Assembly (NCBI RefSeq): GCF_002117005.1
Contig: NZ_CP021023.1
Span: 2,194,995 to 2,218,994, forward strand
From: Sedimentisphaera salicampi
Lineage (GTDB): Bacteria > Planctomycetota > Phycisphaerae > Sedimentisphaerales > Sedimentisphaeraceae
Direction: 5' to 3'
Length of the DNA stretch: 24,000 nucleotides
Below are positions 7,896 through 16,474 of the stretch, piece after piece; position 1 is the stretch's first letter; each line of letters opens with the position of its first letter. A program made the position numbers and the translations under genes. A model generated the notes under the pieces. That model saw only the letters and a list, made by a program, of their open reading frames with translations, searched no databases and was not told the DNA's origin.

Positions 7896-8828
7896 TTAAT
7901 TTGCAGAAAAATAGTCGTAGTCCATCTCTTTAATTTCATAAACATTCGAAACAGAAACTCCAACACCTGTTTCAATCATATAATTAGCTAAATTTTTGCC
8001 GTCAATCAGAATAATACTAGAGTTGATCTTCTTAGCATAATCGATTGCTTCATTACTAAATTTAGCAGTTGCTATAAATATTCCTTTTTGAGCTTTTTGA
8101 CCTTGCAATGCACCTGCAAATTTTTGTATTTCGGGCCTGCCTATTGTTTTTGACGTATCCCATTTTTTTGCTTGTACATAAATAATATCCAAGCCTAATT
8201 TATCTTCTTTGATGTATCCATCTATTCCTTCATCTCCACTTTTACCAATAGCTTTTCCGGCATCTCTCCTTGAGCCTCCATACCCCATTTTAAGCAATAA
8301 ATCAATTACAATTTTTTCAAAAAGGTCAGGGGAAGATTCATACAGACTCGATAATAATTCCTGCGAAAGCGTATTGTTGATCTGTTCAAAACAAATTTCT
8401 AGCTGTTCTTCTGGGGTTACAGAGTCTCTGTTATTCCCCTTCGTGGTTTTGGTGTAATGATTGAGCTTTCTATTACTGTTTCTAAAATCGTTAAATGAAG
8501 GGAATTTTTTTAAATAATTTAGATCTATAGAAGTCAGTCCTTCATTTAAGGTTTTAAGTCCATTTTCTGTAATTTGAATTTGTCCGCGTTTCGCCTGCTT
8601 TATGAGCCCTGCTTTTTTTAAGTATGTTTTAGCCCATCCTATTCTGCTTTTGTAAACTTCCTGTTGCCCGCTGGGTAAGAAAACTTTTTTTTGACTTTCT
8701 GATAAATCCAATTTCTCAGCCAAGATGTTATAAATATCAACCATGTTGTAACAATTACCATCTTTTATAAATTCCAACATAGGCAACATGAACTTAAAAA
8801 AGTTAGGTACATCTACTTTTTCCTCCAT
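7896..8828 (-). CDS. mrr: Mrr-family type IV (modification-dependent) restriction endonuclease
   Basis: The N-terminal Mrr_N winged-helix pattern is present (LPMLEFIKDG...SRIGWAKTYLKKAGLIKQAKRGQIQITENGLKTL). The C-terminal Mrr catalytic core is present (GDEGIDGYIKEDKLGLDIIYVQAKKW, a D...QxK nuclease variant). I prefer ATG 8828, which has AGGAG 7 nt upstream, over the track's TTG at 8834. Confidence 0.85.
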   Translation of the reverse strand: MEEKVDVPNFFKFMLPMLEFIKDGNCYNMVDIYNILAEKLDLSESQKKVFLPSGQQEVYKSRIGWAKTYLKKAGLIKQAKRGQIQITENGLKTLNEGLTSIDLNYLKKFPSFNDFRNSNRKLNHYTKTTKGNNRDSVTPEEQLEICFEQINNTLSQELLSSLYESSPDLFEKIVIDLLLKMGYGGSRRDAGKAIGKSGDEGIDGYIKEDKLGLDIIYVQAKKWDTSKTIGRPEIQKFAGALQGQKAQKGIFIATAKFSNEAIDYAKKINSSIILIDGKNLANYMIETGVGVSVSNVYEIKEMDYDYFSAN

Positions 8829-8929
8829 ACTCAATCTCCTGAATAAAATGACAACTCGATTTAATGTAATTTAATATCTGTATAGGCTACAGGCAATGAT
8901 AGATCCTGTCAAGTGTTAAAATAGTTTTT

Positions 8930-9886
8930 TTACGACTTGAGAACCGATTTTATTTTATTCTCCAGATTTATCTTTTTATCTGCGCTGCCTAATGTTCCGT
9001 CGAAGATGTGAACGCAGCCCTTTGCCTGCAGTTCTGCGAGGAATCTGTCGAATTTGCTCTTTTTCTTCGGCTCGTTCTTCAGCACCTCCACCTTCGCTGC
9101 ACCTGTGCTCACGCATTCGCTTATCATCGAGGATGAGTCGCTGGTAACGAAGAGGTATTCGCTCATAGCAATAAATGCGGGTATTGGGTTATACCGGCTC
9201 TCTGAGAAGATTAGCTTGTAATCGAACGGGAATGAAGCGGCAATTTTTTCCACCTTTCTGCTCGTGCGGCGGGAAGTTGTCAGCCAGTGCGGCATGTTTG
9301 GGGTTTTCTCGAAGATCTTCTCAAGCTGTCCGCGAATCTTTTCGGGATCTATCTTCCCGTACGCATTTTCGCCCCCAATAATAACGCTCACAGCAGGGCC
9401 TTTTAGGCCGGTTTTCTCTGAGAATTCGGCTGCCTTCTGCTTATAAAAACTTTCCCCGCGGTTGCATAGGGTGATTGGTATGGGCGTAATATTCTCTGCC
9501 CGAGGGGGGTTGTCGTAGGATGGGCAGAAGATATGCGAAAAATCCGATTTGCGAATTCCGCGGGGGAGCATCAAAGCTATCACTTCCACCCCGAGGCGCT
9601 TGGCGAGCACCTTTGCCGGATAGTATGCCCCCGAGCTCACCGCAACAATCCTGCTTATTCCCTCCGTTATCTCCGGCGGGGTTACACCCCCATCGGAGCT
9701 GGTGAGGTTGAATGGCATATTGCTGTAGAGCCTGAGGGCATCCAGCATATAGCCGGCTGCCTTGAACGCCTTGAGCCTGTATTCTGCAGCAGCTTCAATG
9801 CAGTCCCAGCCCATAATGCTACATAATGCCCGGGCCTGATTGAGATGGCCGGGCTTGCCGTCGCTTATGATTAAAACTTTTTCCAT
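8930..9886 (-). CDS. ELM1/DUF1022-family protein (putative GT-B-like glycosyltransferase; bacterial function unknown)
   Basis: The N-terminus MEKVLIISDGKPGHLNQARALCSIMGW matches my recollection of the family signature (xxIxSDGKxGHxNQ). Length and the alternating alpha/beta pattern fit. The track ORF extends to 9982, but those 32 extra residues are Cys/Trp-rich and look non-coding, so I call ATG 9886. Confidence 0.55.
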   Translation of the reverse strand: MEKVLIISDGKPGHLNQARALCSIMGWDCIEAAAEYRLKAFKAAGYMLDALRLYSNMPFNLTSSDGGVTPPEITEGISRIVAVSSGAYYPAKVLAKRLGVEVIALMLPRGIRKSDFSHIFCPSYDNPPRAENITPIPITLCNRGESFYKQKAAEFSEKTGLKGPAVSVIIGGENAYGKIDPEKIRGQLEKIFEKTPNMPHWLTTSRRTSRKVEKIAASFPFDYKLIFSESRYNPIPAFIAMSEYLFVTSDSSSMISECVSTGAAKVEVLKNEPKKKSKFDRFLAELQAKGCVHIFDGTLGSADKKINLENKIKSVLKS

Positions 9887-10010
9887 TTCGTTTTCCACGC
9901 TTTCCCAGAAGCACAATGGTAACGAAATTCCGCCGCTATGGCAAGCCCAAACGCTCCCGCATAGCGAAAGCGTGCAGAACACCTGAAATCGGGGTTAGCG
10001 GAATATTGCA

Positions 10011-10043
10011 AAAAGGGCAGAATTGTTAAAATGCTCTGCCCTT
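10011..10043 (-). terminator. Rho-independent terminator downstream of the enolase-superfamily gene
   Basis: A perfect 10-bp stem forms between AAAGGGCAGA (10011-10020) and TCTGCCCTTT (10034-10043) with a 13-nt loop. On the minus strand the 3' arm runs into CCCTTTTTGC, which gives a U-tract. Confidence 0.7.
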
Positions 10044-10070
10044 TATTAACTCTGCCAGTGTTTGAGGCTG

Positions 10071-11261
10071 TTATTTCAGCAGCTTCAGGCCGAAGCCCGG
10101 GGTTTCCGGCGTGGATATTTTGCCGTTTTTTATTTCGAAGCCGGAGAAATCCACGTCTTCCGAGAAGCATGTAACACCTTCTATCGTTGGAATATTCCCG
10201 AGCCCTCTTGAGAGGTGGGAGATATAGCATGTCTTCAGCATAGACCCCCAAGCGTGTGGCGAGGCGAGGGTATTGAGCTTTTTGAGCCGAGGCATAATCT
10301 GCCTCCAAGGGGTAAAGCCCATTCCGATAATGTCTGTAAGGTAGAAATCGAGCAGCCCCTGCTTTGCCAGCGATATGAGCTGCGCCTGCACAGGGAGCCT
10401 CTCGCCGTCGGCGATGTAGGTTGATTTGCCGTTCTCCTTGAGCCACTTTTTAAGCTTTTCAAAGCCTTCCTTCTCTTCACGGAAGGGCTCTTCCATCCAG
10501 TAAAGCTCTGTATCGCCGATCCCCTTGAGATATTCGATTGTATCCTGATAGGTGTACATATCGTTTGCATCTGCAAGAAGCTCAGCATAGGGGAAGGCCT
10601 TGGCGATCTGATTTGTAACGTCTATATCCCTCTGCATACCCTCTTTTTCGGGCATCCACTTCTTCCCGCGTCCAATCTTTATCTTAAACTGCCTGTATCC
10701 GAAGTTGTAGTCGTATCGGCAGTTTTCGAGAACCTTATCGATTCCTTCAGGGTTGTCTTCGGGGTCGAGATCGTCGAAGTATATCATACCGCTGTAGCAG
10801 TTTGTGCTTTCCGGGCCTGCTGCCCCAAGCATTTTATACACAGGCATTTCGAGAATCTTCCCCGCCAGATCGTGCAGGGCGATATCGAGCTGTTCCGGAG
10901 CGGAGGGCTTTATGCCTGAGGCTGGTGTTATCAGATCAGATATTTTGAGCCCTTTAAGCGAATTATTGAGTATTTCGGCTCTGTCTCTGCCCGCGTAAAA
11001 CGTTCCCCAGCCCTCTGCGCCTTTGTCTGTTCGAATTTTACAGATGCTCACTGTCGGTCCGTTGCCGTGGTGTCCGAGGCGGGAATTCCGCCCTACGTGG
11101 CGGGGGTATTTCAGCCTTACCCTGTCATACTGTATTGAGCTGATTTTGTGGTCTGACAAAGCTTGTGAAATCTCGGCCGGCTCGTTTGCTGAAGCGGTAT
11201 TTGAATAGCCCAGGGCAGCTGCCGCAGCGGCGGATGCCTGAAGGAATTCACGTCTTTTCAT
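10071..11261 (-). CDS. Enolase-superfamily enzyme (mandelate racemase / acid-sugar dehydratase-like) with an N-terminal twin-arginine signal
   Basis: The Tat-type N-terminus is MKRREFLQASAAAAAALGYSNTASA|NE. Barrel motifs occur in order: FKIKIG (KxK), LADANDMY (metal Asp), LYWMEEPF (metal Glu), YIADGERL (third ligand), LTDIIGMG plus ASPHAWG (Asp/His dyad, MR-subgroup style). The SD AAGGAG lies 6 nt upstream of the ATG. Confidence 0.8.
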   Translation of the reverse strand: MKRREFLQASAAAAAALGYSNTASANEPAEISQALSDHKISSIQYDRVRLKYPRHVGRNSRLGHHGNGPTVSICKIRTDKGAEGWGTFYAGRDRAEILNNSLKGLKISDLITPASGIKPSAPEQLDIALHDLAGKILEMPVYKMLGAAGPESTNCYSGMIYFDDLDPEDNPEGIDKVLENCRYDYNFGYRQFKIKIGRGKKWMPEKEGMQRDIDVTNQIAKAFPYAELLADANDMYTYQDTIEYLKGIGDTELYWMEEPFREEKEGFEKLKKWLKENGKSTYIADGERLPVQAQLISLAKQGLLDFYLTDIIGMGFTPWRQIMPRLKKLNTLASPHAWGSMLKTCYISHLSRGLGNIPTIEGVTCFSEDVDFSGFEIKNGKISTPETPGFGLKLLK

Positions 11262-11399
11262 ATTTTTCTCCTTGATGATTCAGAAAAAGTAGGAATTTAT
11301 TATAATATTATAAGCAAAATTAAATGTTTTTTGTAAAAATTTTCAAGCAGTTTCTATTTACCTTATAGCAAATATATATTTAATTTTAAAGAGGTTTGT
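11262..11399. promoter_or_regulatory. AT-rich divergent promoter region between the enolase-like gene (-) and the GH172-sulfatase-GH31 operon (+)
   Basis: This is a 138-nt gap, strongly AT-rich relative to its flanks, with SD sequences at both ends (AAGGAG for the minus gene, AAGAGG for the plus gene). No promoter boxes can be assigned confidently. Confidence 0.5.
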
Positions 11400-13490
11400 A
11401 TGTTAAAATCAATGATCAAAAATTTTCTGCTGCTGTCCTTAATATTTCTGGCAGGGCAGGCTTTCAGCGAGGATGTAAAATTCTCCACGCTGCTTGAGGA
11501 TATGGTTAATCCCGATATCACTGCTCAGTGGCCGGAGCCGGAGTATGAATGTCTTCAGCTCAGCAGCAGAGACCCTGCCTCAAAGCAGAAAGGCGAGCCG
11601 AATTGGTGGGCAAATAACGACAGAAGCCATTTTCTGCGAATCGAGACTAATTACGGCAGAAAAGAGTATGTCCTTATGGATGCTGAAGGGCCGGGTGCAA
11701 TTGTAAGGATTTGGAGCACATGGCATGGCCCGGGCGGGAGTGAATTCAGCAACGGGACATTGAGATTCTATTTCGATAATGAAAGCAAGCCTGCAATAGA
11801 AGCCCCTATAACTGAAATACTCGATAAAGGCTATCTGGCAGACGCCCCGCTGGGCAATTCCGTTGCCAAAACTACAGAATACTCAAAACGCGGGCACAAT
11901 CTCTACCTTCCGATCCCCTATTCAAAGGCCTGCAAAGTAACCTACCAGACAAATAAATTTATAGATAAAGGCGGCAAAAAGGGCGAAGCTCTCTACTACA
12001 TCATAAATTACCGCAAATATCCAGAAGAAACTGATGTAGAAACCTTCTCAATGAAGGCTCTTAAAGATAATTCTGAATTGCTGGATAATGTGCAGAGCAA
12101 GCTGAAAAACGGCATCAAGATTGGCGGCAGGCCTTCTGCAGCTTTTAACGGAACATTATCTCCCGGGCAGTCTGCTCAATTACGACTCAGCGGGCAGAGA
12201 AGCATCAAAGGCATAAAAGTTAGGCTTGGTGAATCAGGCGGGATTTCAAAAGCACTTCGCAGCATCATTATTAAAGCAAAATTTGACGGCAAACAGACTG
12301 TATGGTCTCCGTTGGGTGATTTTTTCGGCACAGGTTATCAGCTCCATCCATATCAAACCTTTTATACCGGCGTGAGAAAAGATGGGCAGATGTACTGCAA
12401 TTGGATTATGCCGTTTAAGCAAAACGCCGAGGTGGTTGTGGAAAATATTGGCTCCGATACATTTTTTGTTGAGAAATGCGAGGTATATACCAAGCCATGG
12501 CAATGGGATGAGAATTCGCTTTATTTCCATTCAGGCTGGAAGCAGTGGAAAGATATAAAAACCCGCAGCAACGAGGACAATCCCGCAAACGGAGCGTTCG
12601 ACTTGAACTGGGTTACCATAAACGGCAAGGGGAAGTATGTGGGCGATGCGCTTACAATTTTCAACAATGCCCCGAGATGGTGGGGCGAGGGTGATGAAAA
12701 GATCTACATCGACGGCGAGGATTTCCCCTCCCACTTCGGCACAGGCACAGAAGACTACTACGGCTATGCGTGGTGCAGGCCGGCAGCATTCAGCGCACCC
12801 TTTCACGCCCAGCCCTGCGGAGCAGGCAATTTCCAGAAGGGGTTCACAGTAAACAGCAGGTTCCGCTCTCTGGACGCAATCCCGTTCAGCAAGAGCCTGA
12901 AATTCGATATGGAGCTATGGCACTGGGCGGAAACCACCGTAGATTATGCCCCTGTGATGTTCTGGTATGCCAAGAAAGATTCAAGCTCGAATCTAGGCCC
13001 GCAGCCGGAAGAGGCGCTGAAGCCCCTGCCGGATATCAGCGAAGATGGAAGGGTTCATATTGATATAGAAGGGGCGATTGAAGGCGAAGATATGCAGATA
13101 GCCCGCTGCGAAGGCGGCAGGGCATTCGTGCAGAACAATCCTCAATTCGGCTGGAGCGAGGATGCGCAGGTTTGGTGGCAAAACGGTGAGCCCGGGCAGA
13201 AACTCGTTTTGAAGTTCGAAAGCAGCAAGAGCGGAGAGTTCAAGGTTTATGCAAATCTAACAAAGGCAAGAGATTACGGCATAGTAAATATCTGCCTGAA
13301 CGGCGAGCTTATGAAGGAAAACATCGATCTTTTTAATCCTAAAGTTAAGGCCAGAGAAACGCTTCTCGGGAAAGCCGAAATACGCAAGGGGGAAAATGAG
13401 ATTGAAGTGCAGATTAAAGGCGCCAATCAAAAAGCCGTAAAGAGGCATATGTTCGGGCTTGATTACATTAAGCTTATGCCTGCAGAGTAA
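11400..13490 (+). CDS. Secreted DUF2961 / glycoside hydrolase family 172-like protein with an extra C-terminal beta-sandwich-like domain
   Basis: There is a Sec signal (MLKSMIKNFLLLSLIFLAGQAFS). DUF2961 hallmarks are present: GPGAIVRIW and WWGEGDEKIYIDGEDFPSHFGTGTEDYYGYAW. The additional ~140-aa C-terminal domain spans aa 553-696. Confidence 0.8.
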   Translation: MLKSMIKNFLLLSLIFLAGQAFSEDVKFSTLLEDMVNPDITAQWPEPEYECLQLSSRDPASKQKGEPNWWANNDRSHFLRIETNYGRKEYVLMDAEGPGAIVRIWSTWHGPGGSEFSNGTLRFYFDNESKPAIEAPITEILDKGYLADAPLGNSVAKTTEYSKRGHNLYLPIPYSKACKVTYQTNKFIDKGGKKGEALYYIINYRKYPEETDVETFSMKALKDNSELLDNVQSKLKNGIKIGGRPSAAFNGTLSPGQSAQLRLSGQRSIKGIKVRLGESGGISKALRSIIIKAKFDGKQTVWSPLGDFFGTGYQLHPYQTFYTGVRKDGQMYCNWIMPFKQNAEVVVENIGSDTFFVEKCEVYTKPWQWDENSLYFHSGWKQWKDIKTRSNEDNPANGAFDLNWVTINGKGKYVGDALTIFNNAPRWWGEGDEKIYIDGEDFPSHFGTGTEDYYGYAWCRPAAFSAPFHAQPCGAGNFQKGFTVNSRFRSLDAIPFSKSLKFDMELWHWAETTVDYAPVMFWYAKKDSSSNLGPQPEEALKPLPDISEDGRVHIDIEGAIEGEDMQIARCEGGRAFVQNNPQFGWSEDAQVWWQNGEPGQKLVLKFESSKSGEFKVYANLTKARDYGIVNICLNGELMKENIDLFNPKVKARETLLGKAEIRKGENEIEVQIKGANQKAVKRHMFGLDYIKLMPAE

Positions 13491-13502
13491 AGAAAGGGCT
13501 TT

Positions 13503-14990
13503 ATGATGTACTCCAGCAGAAGAATTTTTCTAAAACGTGCCGGCGGGCTTGCAGCTTTAACTGCTTTCTCCGGCCTTGCAGAGAGCTTATCGGCCGCTAA
13601 ATCGCAGAAACTGCCGAATTTTGTTGTAATATTCACAGACGATCAGGGATATGAAGACGTGGGCTGCTTTGGCGCCGAGGGCTTCGAAACCACCAACTTA
13701 GATAAAATGGCCGCTGAGGGGATGAGATTTACCGATTTCCACGTATCCCAGAGCGTATGCAGCCCCTCAAGAGCCGCTCTTATGACAGGCTGCTATCACC
13801 CGCGGGTTGGGATATACAAGGCCCTTTTCCCGCACGTAAACCGTGGACTAAATCCGAAAGAAGAAACCATAGCCGAAGTGTTAAAACCCAGGGGCTATCG
13901 CTGCGGGATATTCGGGAAATGGCATCTCGGCCATCGCTATCCGTTCCTTCCGCTTCAGCAGGGTTTTGACGAGTATTTCGGACTGCCCTATTCAAACGAT
14001 ATGTGGCCGCGTGATTTCGACGGCACAAGCCTCAAGGACGGCTTCCATCCGAAAGCCAGATGGCGGATCGGAATACCGGATTTGCCTCTGATGAAGGGCA
14101 ATACAATCATTGACCGCATCAGAACTATGGAAGACCAGAGCAAGCTCACAACTATGTACACCGAAAGGGCAGTTGATTTCATTGAGAGAAATAAATCCGA
14201 GCCGTTTTTCCTTTATCTGCCCCATTCAATGCCGCATGTCCCGCTTGCAGTGAGCGATAAGTTTCGCGGGAAGAGCAGAAAGGGCATTTACGGCGACGTG
14301 ATTATGGAGATAGACTGGTCTGCGGGCGAGATTTTCAAAGCTTTGAAAAGAAACGGCTTAGACGAAAACACGCTCGTAATCTTCACCTCAGATAACGGCC
14401 CTTGGCTCAACTACGGCAAGCATGGCGGCTCAGCCGACCCTCTCAGAGAGGGCAAAGGCTCAAACTGCTGGGAAGGGGGCAACAGAGTTCCCTGCATAAT
14501 GAGATGGCCGGGCAAAATCCCCGCCTCCAGCGAATGCGATAAACTCGCTGCCGCAATCGACATACTGCCCACATTTGCCAGTCTCAGCGGAGCGAGCCTG
14601 CCCGAGAAGAAAATAGACGGCGTTGATATAACGGCCCTGCTTGAAGGCAGGGAAAATGCAGAGCCTCGAAAAGATTATTTCTACTATTACGAAAAAGAGC
14701 TTGATGCTGTAAGACGCGGGCCTTGGAAGCTCGTATTCCCCCATAAGTACCGCGGCTGCGAAGGGGTTGAACCCGGGAAGAACGGATTCCCCGGCCCAAG
14801 AGAGCTTCGCAAAGCGGAGAAAGGGTTGTACAATCTGAATAAGGATATCGAAGAAGAGAAAAATGTGATCAATGAACACCCTGATATAGTTAAGGAGCTT
14901 GAAAAACTGGCCGAATCTGCCAGAGAAGAACTTGGCGACAGCTTGCACAACATTCGCGGCAAGGGGCAGAGGCCGGTAGGCAGAATATAA
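13503..14990 (+). CDS. Formylglycine-dependent sulfatase (S1 family, arylsulfatase-like) with a Tat-type signal
   Basis: The signal motif is SRRIFLK. The active-site motif is SVCSPSRAALMTG (C-x-P-x-R). Also present are FTDDQG, GKWHLG and TSDNGP. The gene starts 12 nt after the previous stop. Confidence 0.9.
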   Translation: MMYSSRRIFLKRAGGLAALTAFSGLAESLSAAKSQKLPNFVVIFTDDQGYEDVGCFGAEGFETTNLDKMAAEGMRFTDFHVSQSVCSPSRAALMTGCYHPRVGIYKALFPHVNRGLNPKEETIAEVLKPRGYRCGIFGKWHLGHRYPFLPLQQGFDEYFGLPYSNDMWPRDFDGTSLKDGFHPKARWRIGIPDLPLMKGNTIIDRIRTMEDQSKLTTMYTERAVDFIERNKSEPFFLYLPHSMPHVPLAVSDKFRGKSRKGIYGDVIMEIDWSAGEIFKALKRNGLDENTLVIFTSDNGPWLNYGKHGGSADPLREGKGSNCWEGGNRVPCIMRWPGKIPASSECDKLAAAIDILPTFASLSGASLPEKKIDGVDITALLEGRENAEPRKDYFYYYEKELDAVRRGPWKLVFPHKYRGCEGVEPGKNGFPGPRELRKAEKGLYNLNKDIEEEKNVINEHPDIVKELEKLAESAREELGDSLHNIRGKGQRPVGRI

Positions 14991-15007
14991 TATTAAAAGG
15001 AGAAATT

Positions 15008-16474
15008 ATGAAATCCAGAAGAGAATTTTTGAAGACAGGCTGCCTTATGGGCGCCTCACTTGCTTTCGGTTCTTCCCTAATCGGGGCTGAAAAGAAAACC
15101 AAAAGACCGAATATCATATTTATTATGGCCGATGACCATGCCTCGCAGGCCTTCAGCTGCTACGGAAGCAATCGAAACAAAACTCCACACCTCGACCGAA
15201 TCGCCGAAGAGGGGATGCTGTTTGAAAACTGCTTCTGCACAAATTCAATTTGTGCTCCGAGCCGAGCGGTAATTCTCACAGGCAAGTACAGTCATATCAA
15301 CGGCAAAACAACCAACAGACACAACAATCCTTTCGACGGCTCGCAGCAGACAGTACCAAAGCTGATGCGTAAAGGCGGGTATCAGACAGCAATGATCGGC
15401 AAATGGCATCTCAGGAGCGAACCAACAGGCTTCGACCACTGGGAGGTGCTCCCCGGGCAGGGCAAATACCACAACCCCGTTTTCAAAACCGAGAAAGGGC
15501 GGAAGAAGTATGAAGGCTATGTAACGGACCTCATCACAGACTTCACAATCGACTGGCTCGAAAACCGCAATGAAGACAAGCCGTTCTTCTTGATGTGTCA
15601 TCATAAAGCACCGCATAGAAGCTGGCATCCAGACGAGAAACACGAAGGGATGTATGCAGATAAGGAAATCCCCGTACCAGAGACTTTCGACGACGATTAC
15701 TCCACGCGCTGCGCAGCGGCAAAAGAAAGCGCAATGTCTATTCAAAGCCATCTTCGCAAATGGGACTTGAAGAAAACCCCGCCCAAAGGGCTCACAAAGG
15801 AAGAACGCAAACATTGGAACTACCGCAGGTATATGGAAGACTACCTCGCCTGCATCGCTTCAATCGATGATAATATCGGCAGGCTCCTCGATTACCTCAA
15901 AAAAAGCGGGCTCGAAGAAAATACTATGATCATCTACACCTCAGATCAGGGCTTCTTCCTCGGCGAACACGGCTGGTTCGACAAGCGGTTTATGTATGAG
16001 GAGTCTCTCAGGATGCCATTGCTTATGAGATGGCCCGGGCACATAAAGCCGGGAAGCGTTACCGATTCGATGGTGATGAATCTGGATTTCGCCCCCACTT
16101 TCCTCGACGCCGCTGGGCTGGATATCCCCAATGATATTCAGGGTGAAAGCTTCACCCCCATTTTGGAAGGCAGTGAGCCGGAAAAATGGCGGGATTCCGT
16201 TTATTACCATTACTACGAATACCCAGCAGTGCATTCTGTGAAAAGGCATTACGGCATAAGAACCAAGCGATACAAGCTGATCCATTTCTACTTCGATATA
16301 GACTGTTGGGAGCTTTACGACTTAAAGAATGACCCGAACGAACTTAACAATCTGTACGGAAAACCTGAATATCAGTCTCTTGTGAAAAGGCTTAAGGCTG
16401 AGCTGAAGAGGCTTCAGGTGAAATATAAAGATACTGAATTTATTAAAAACTTTGGCGGAGGTAAGAAACTATGA
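15008..16474 (+). CDS. Formylglycine-dependent sulfatase (S1 family) with a DUF4976-like C-terminus and a Tat-type signal
   Basis: The signal motif is SRREFLK. The active-site motif is SICAPSRAVILTGKY. Also present are MADDHA, GKWHL, TSDQGFFLGEHG and the C-terminal WELYDLKNDPNELNNLY. The SD AAAGGAG lies upstream. Confidence 0.9.
   Translation: MKSRREFLKTGCLMGASLAFGSSLIGAEKKTKRPNIIFIMADDHASQAFSCYGSNRNKTPHLDRIAEEGMLFENCFCTNSICAPSRAVILTGKYSHINGKTTNRHNNPFDGSQQTVPKLMRKGGYQTAMIGKWHLRSEPTGFDHWEVLPGQGKYHNPVFKTEKGRKKYEGYVTDLITDFTIDWLENRNEDKPFFLMCHHKAPHRSWHPDEKHEGMYADKEIPVPETFDDDYSTRCAAAKESAMSIQSHLRKWDLKKTPPKGLTKEERKHWNYRRYMEDYLACIASIDDNIGRLLDYLKKSGLEENTMIIYTSDQGFFLGEHGWFDKRFMYEESLRMPLLMRWPGHIKPGSVTDSMVMNLDFAPTFLDAAGLDIPNDIQGESFTPILEGSEPEKWRDSVYYHYYEYPAVHSVKRHYGIRTKRYKLIHFYFDIDCWELYDLKNDPNELNNLYGKPEYQSLVKRLKAELKRLQVKYKDTEFIKNFGGGKKL

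Noticed and set aside
8829-8834. The TTG start at 8834 given for mrr by the ORF track.
   Set aside because: ATG at 8828 has an AGGAG SD at ideal 7-nt spacing. The TTG would sit only 1 nt from that SD.
9887-9982. A 32-codon N-terminal extension of the ELM1-like ORF (MFCTLSLCGSVWACHSGGISLPLCFWESVENE).
   Set aside because: It is Cys/Trp-rich and resembles neither a signal peptide nor part of the family. The conserved family N-terminus begins at the internal Met (ATG 9886).
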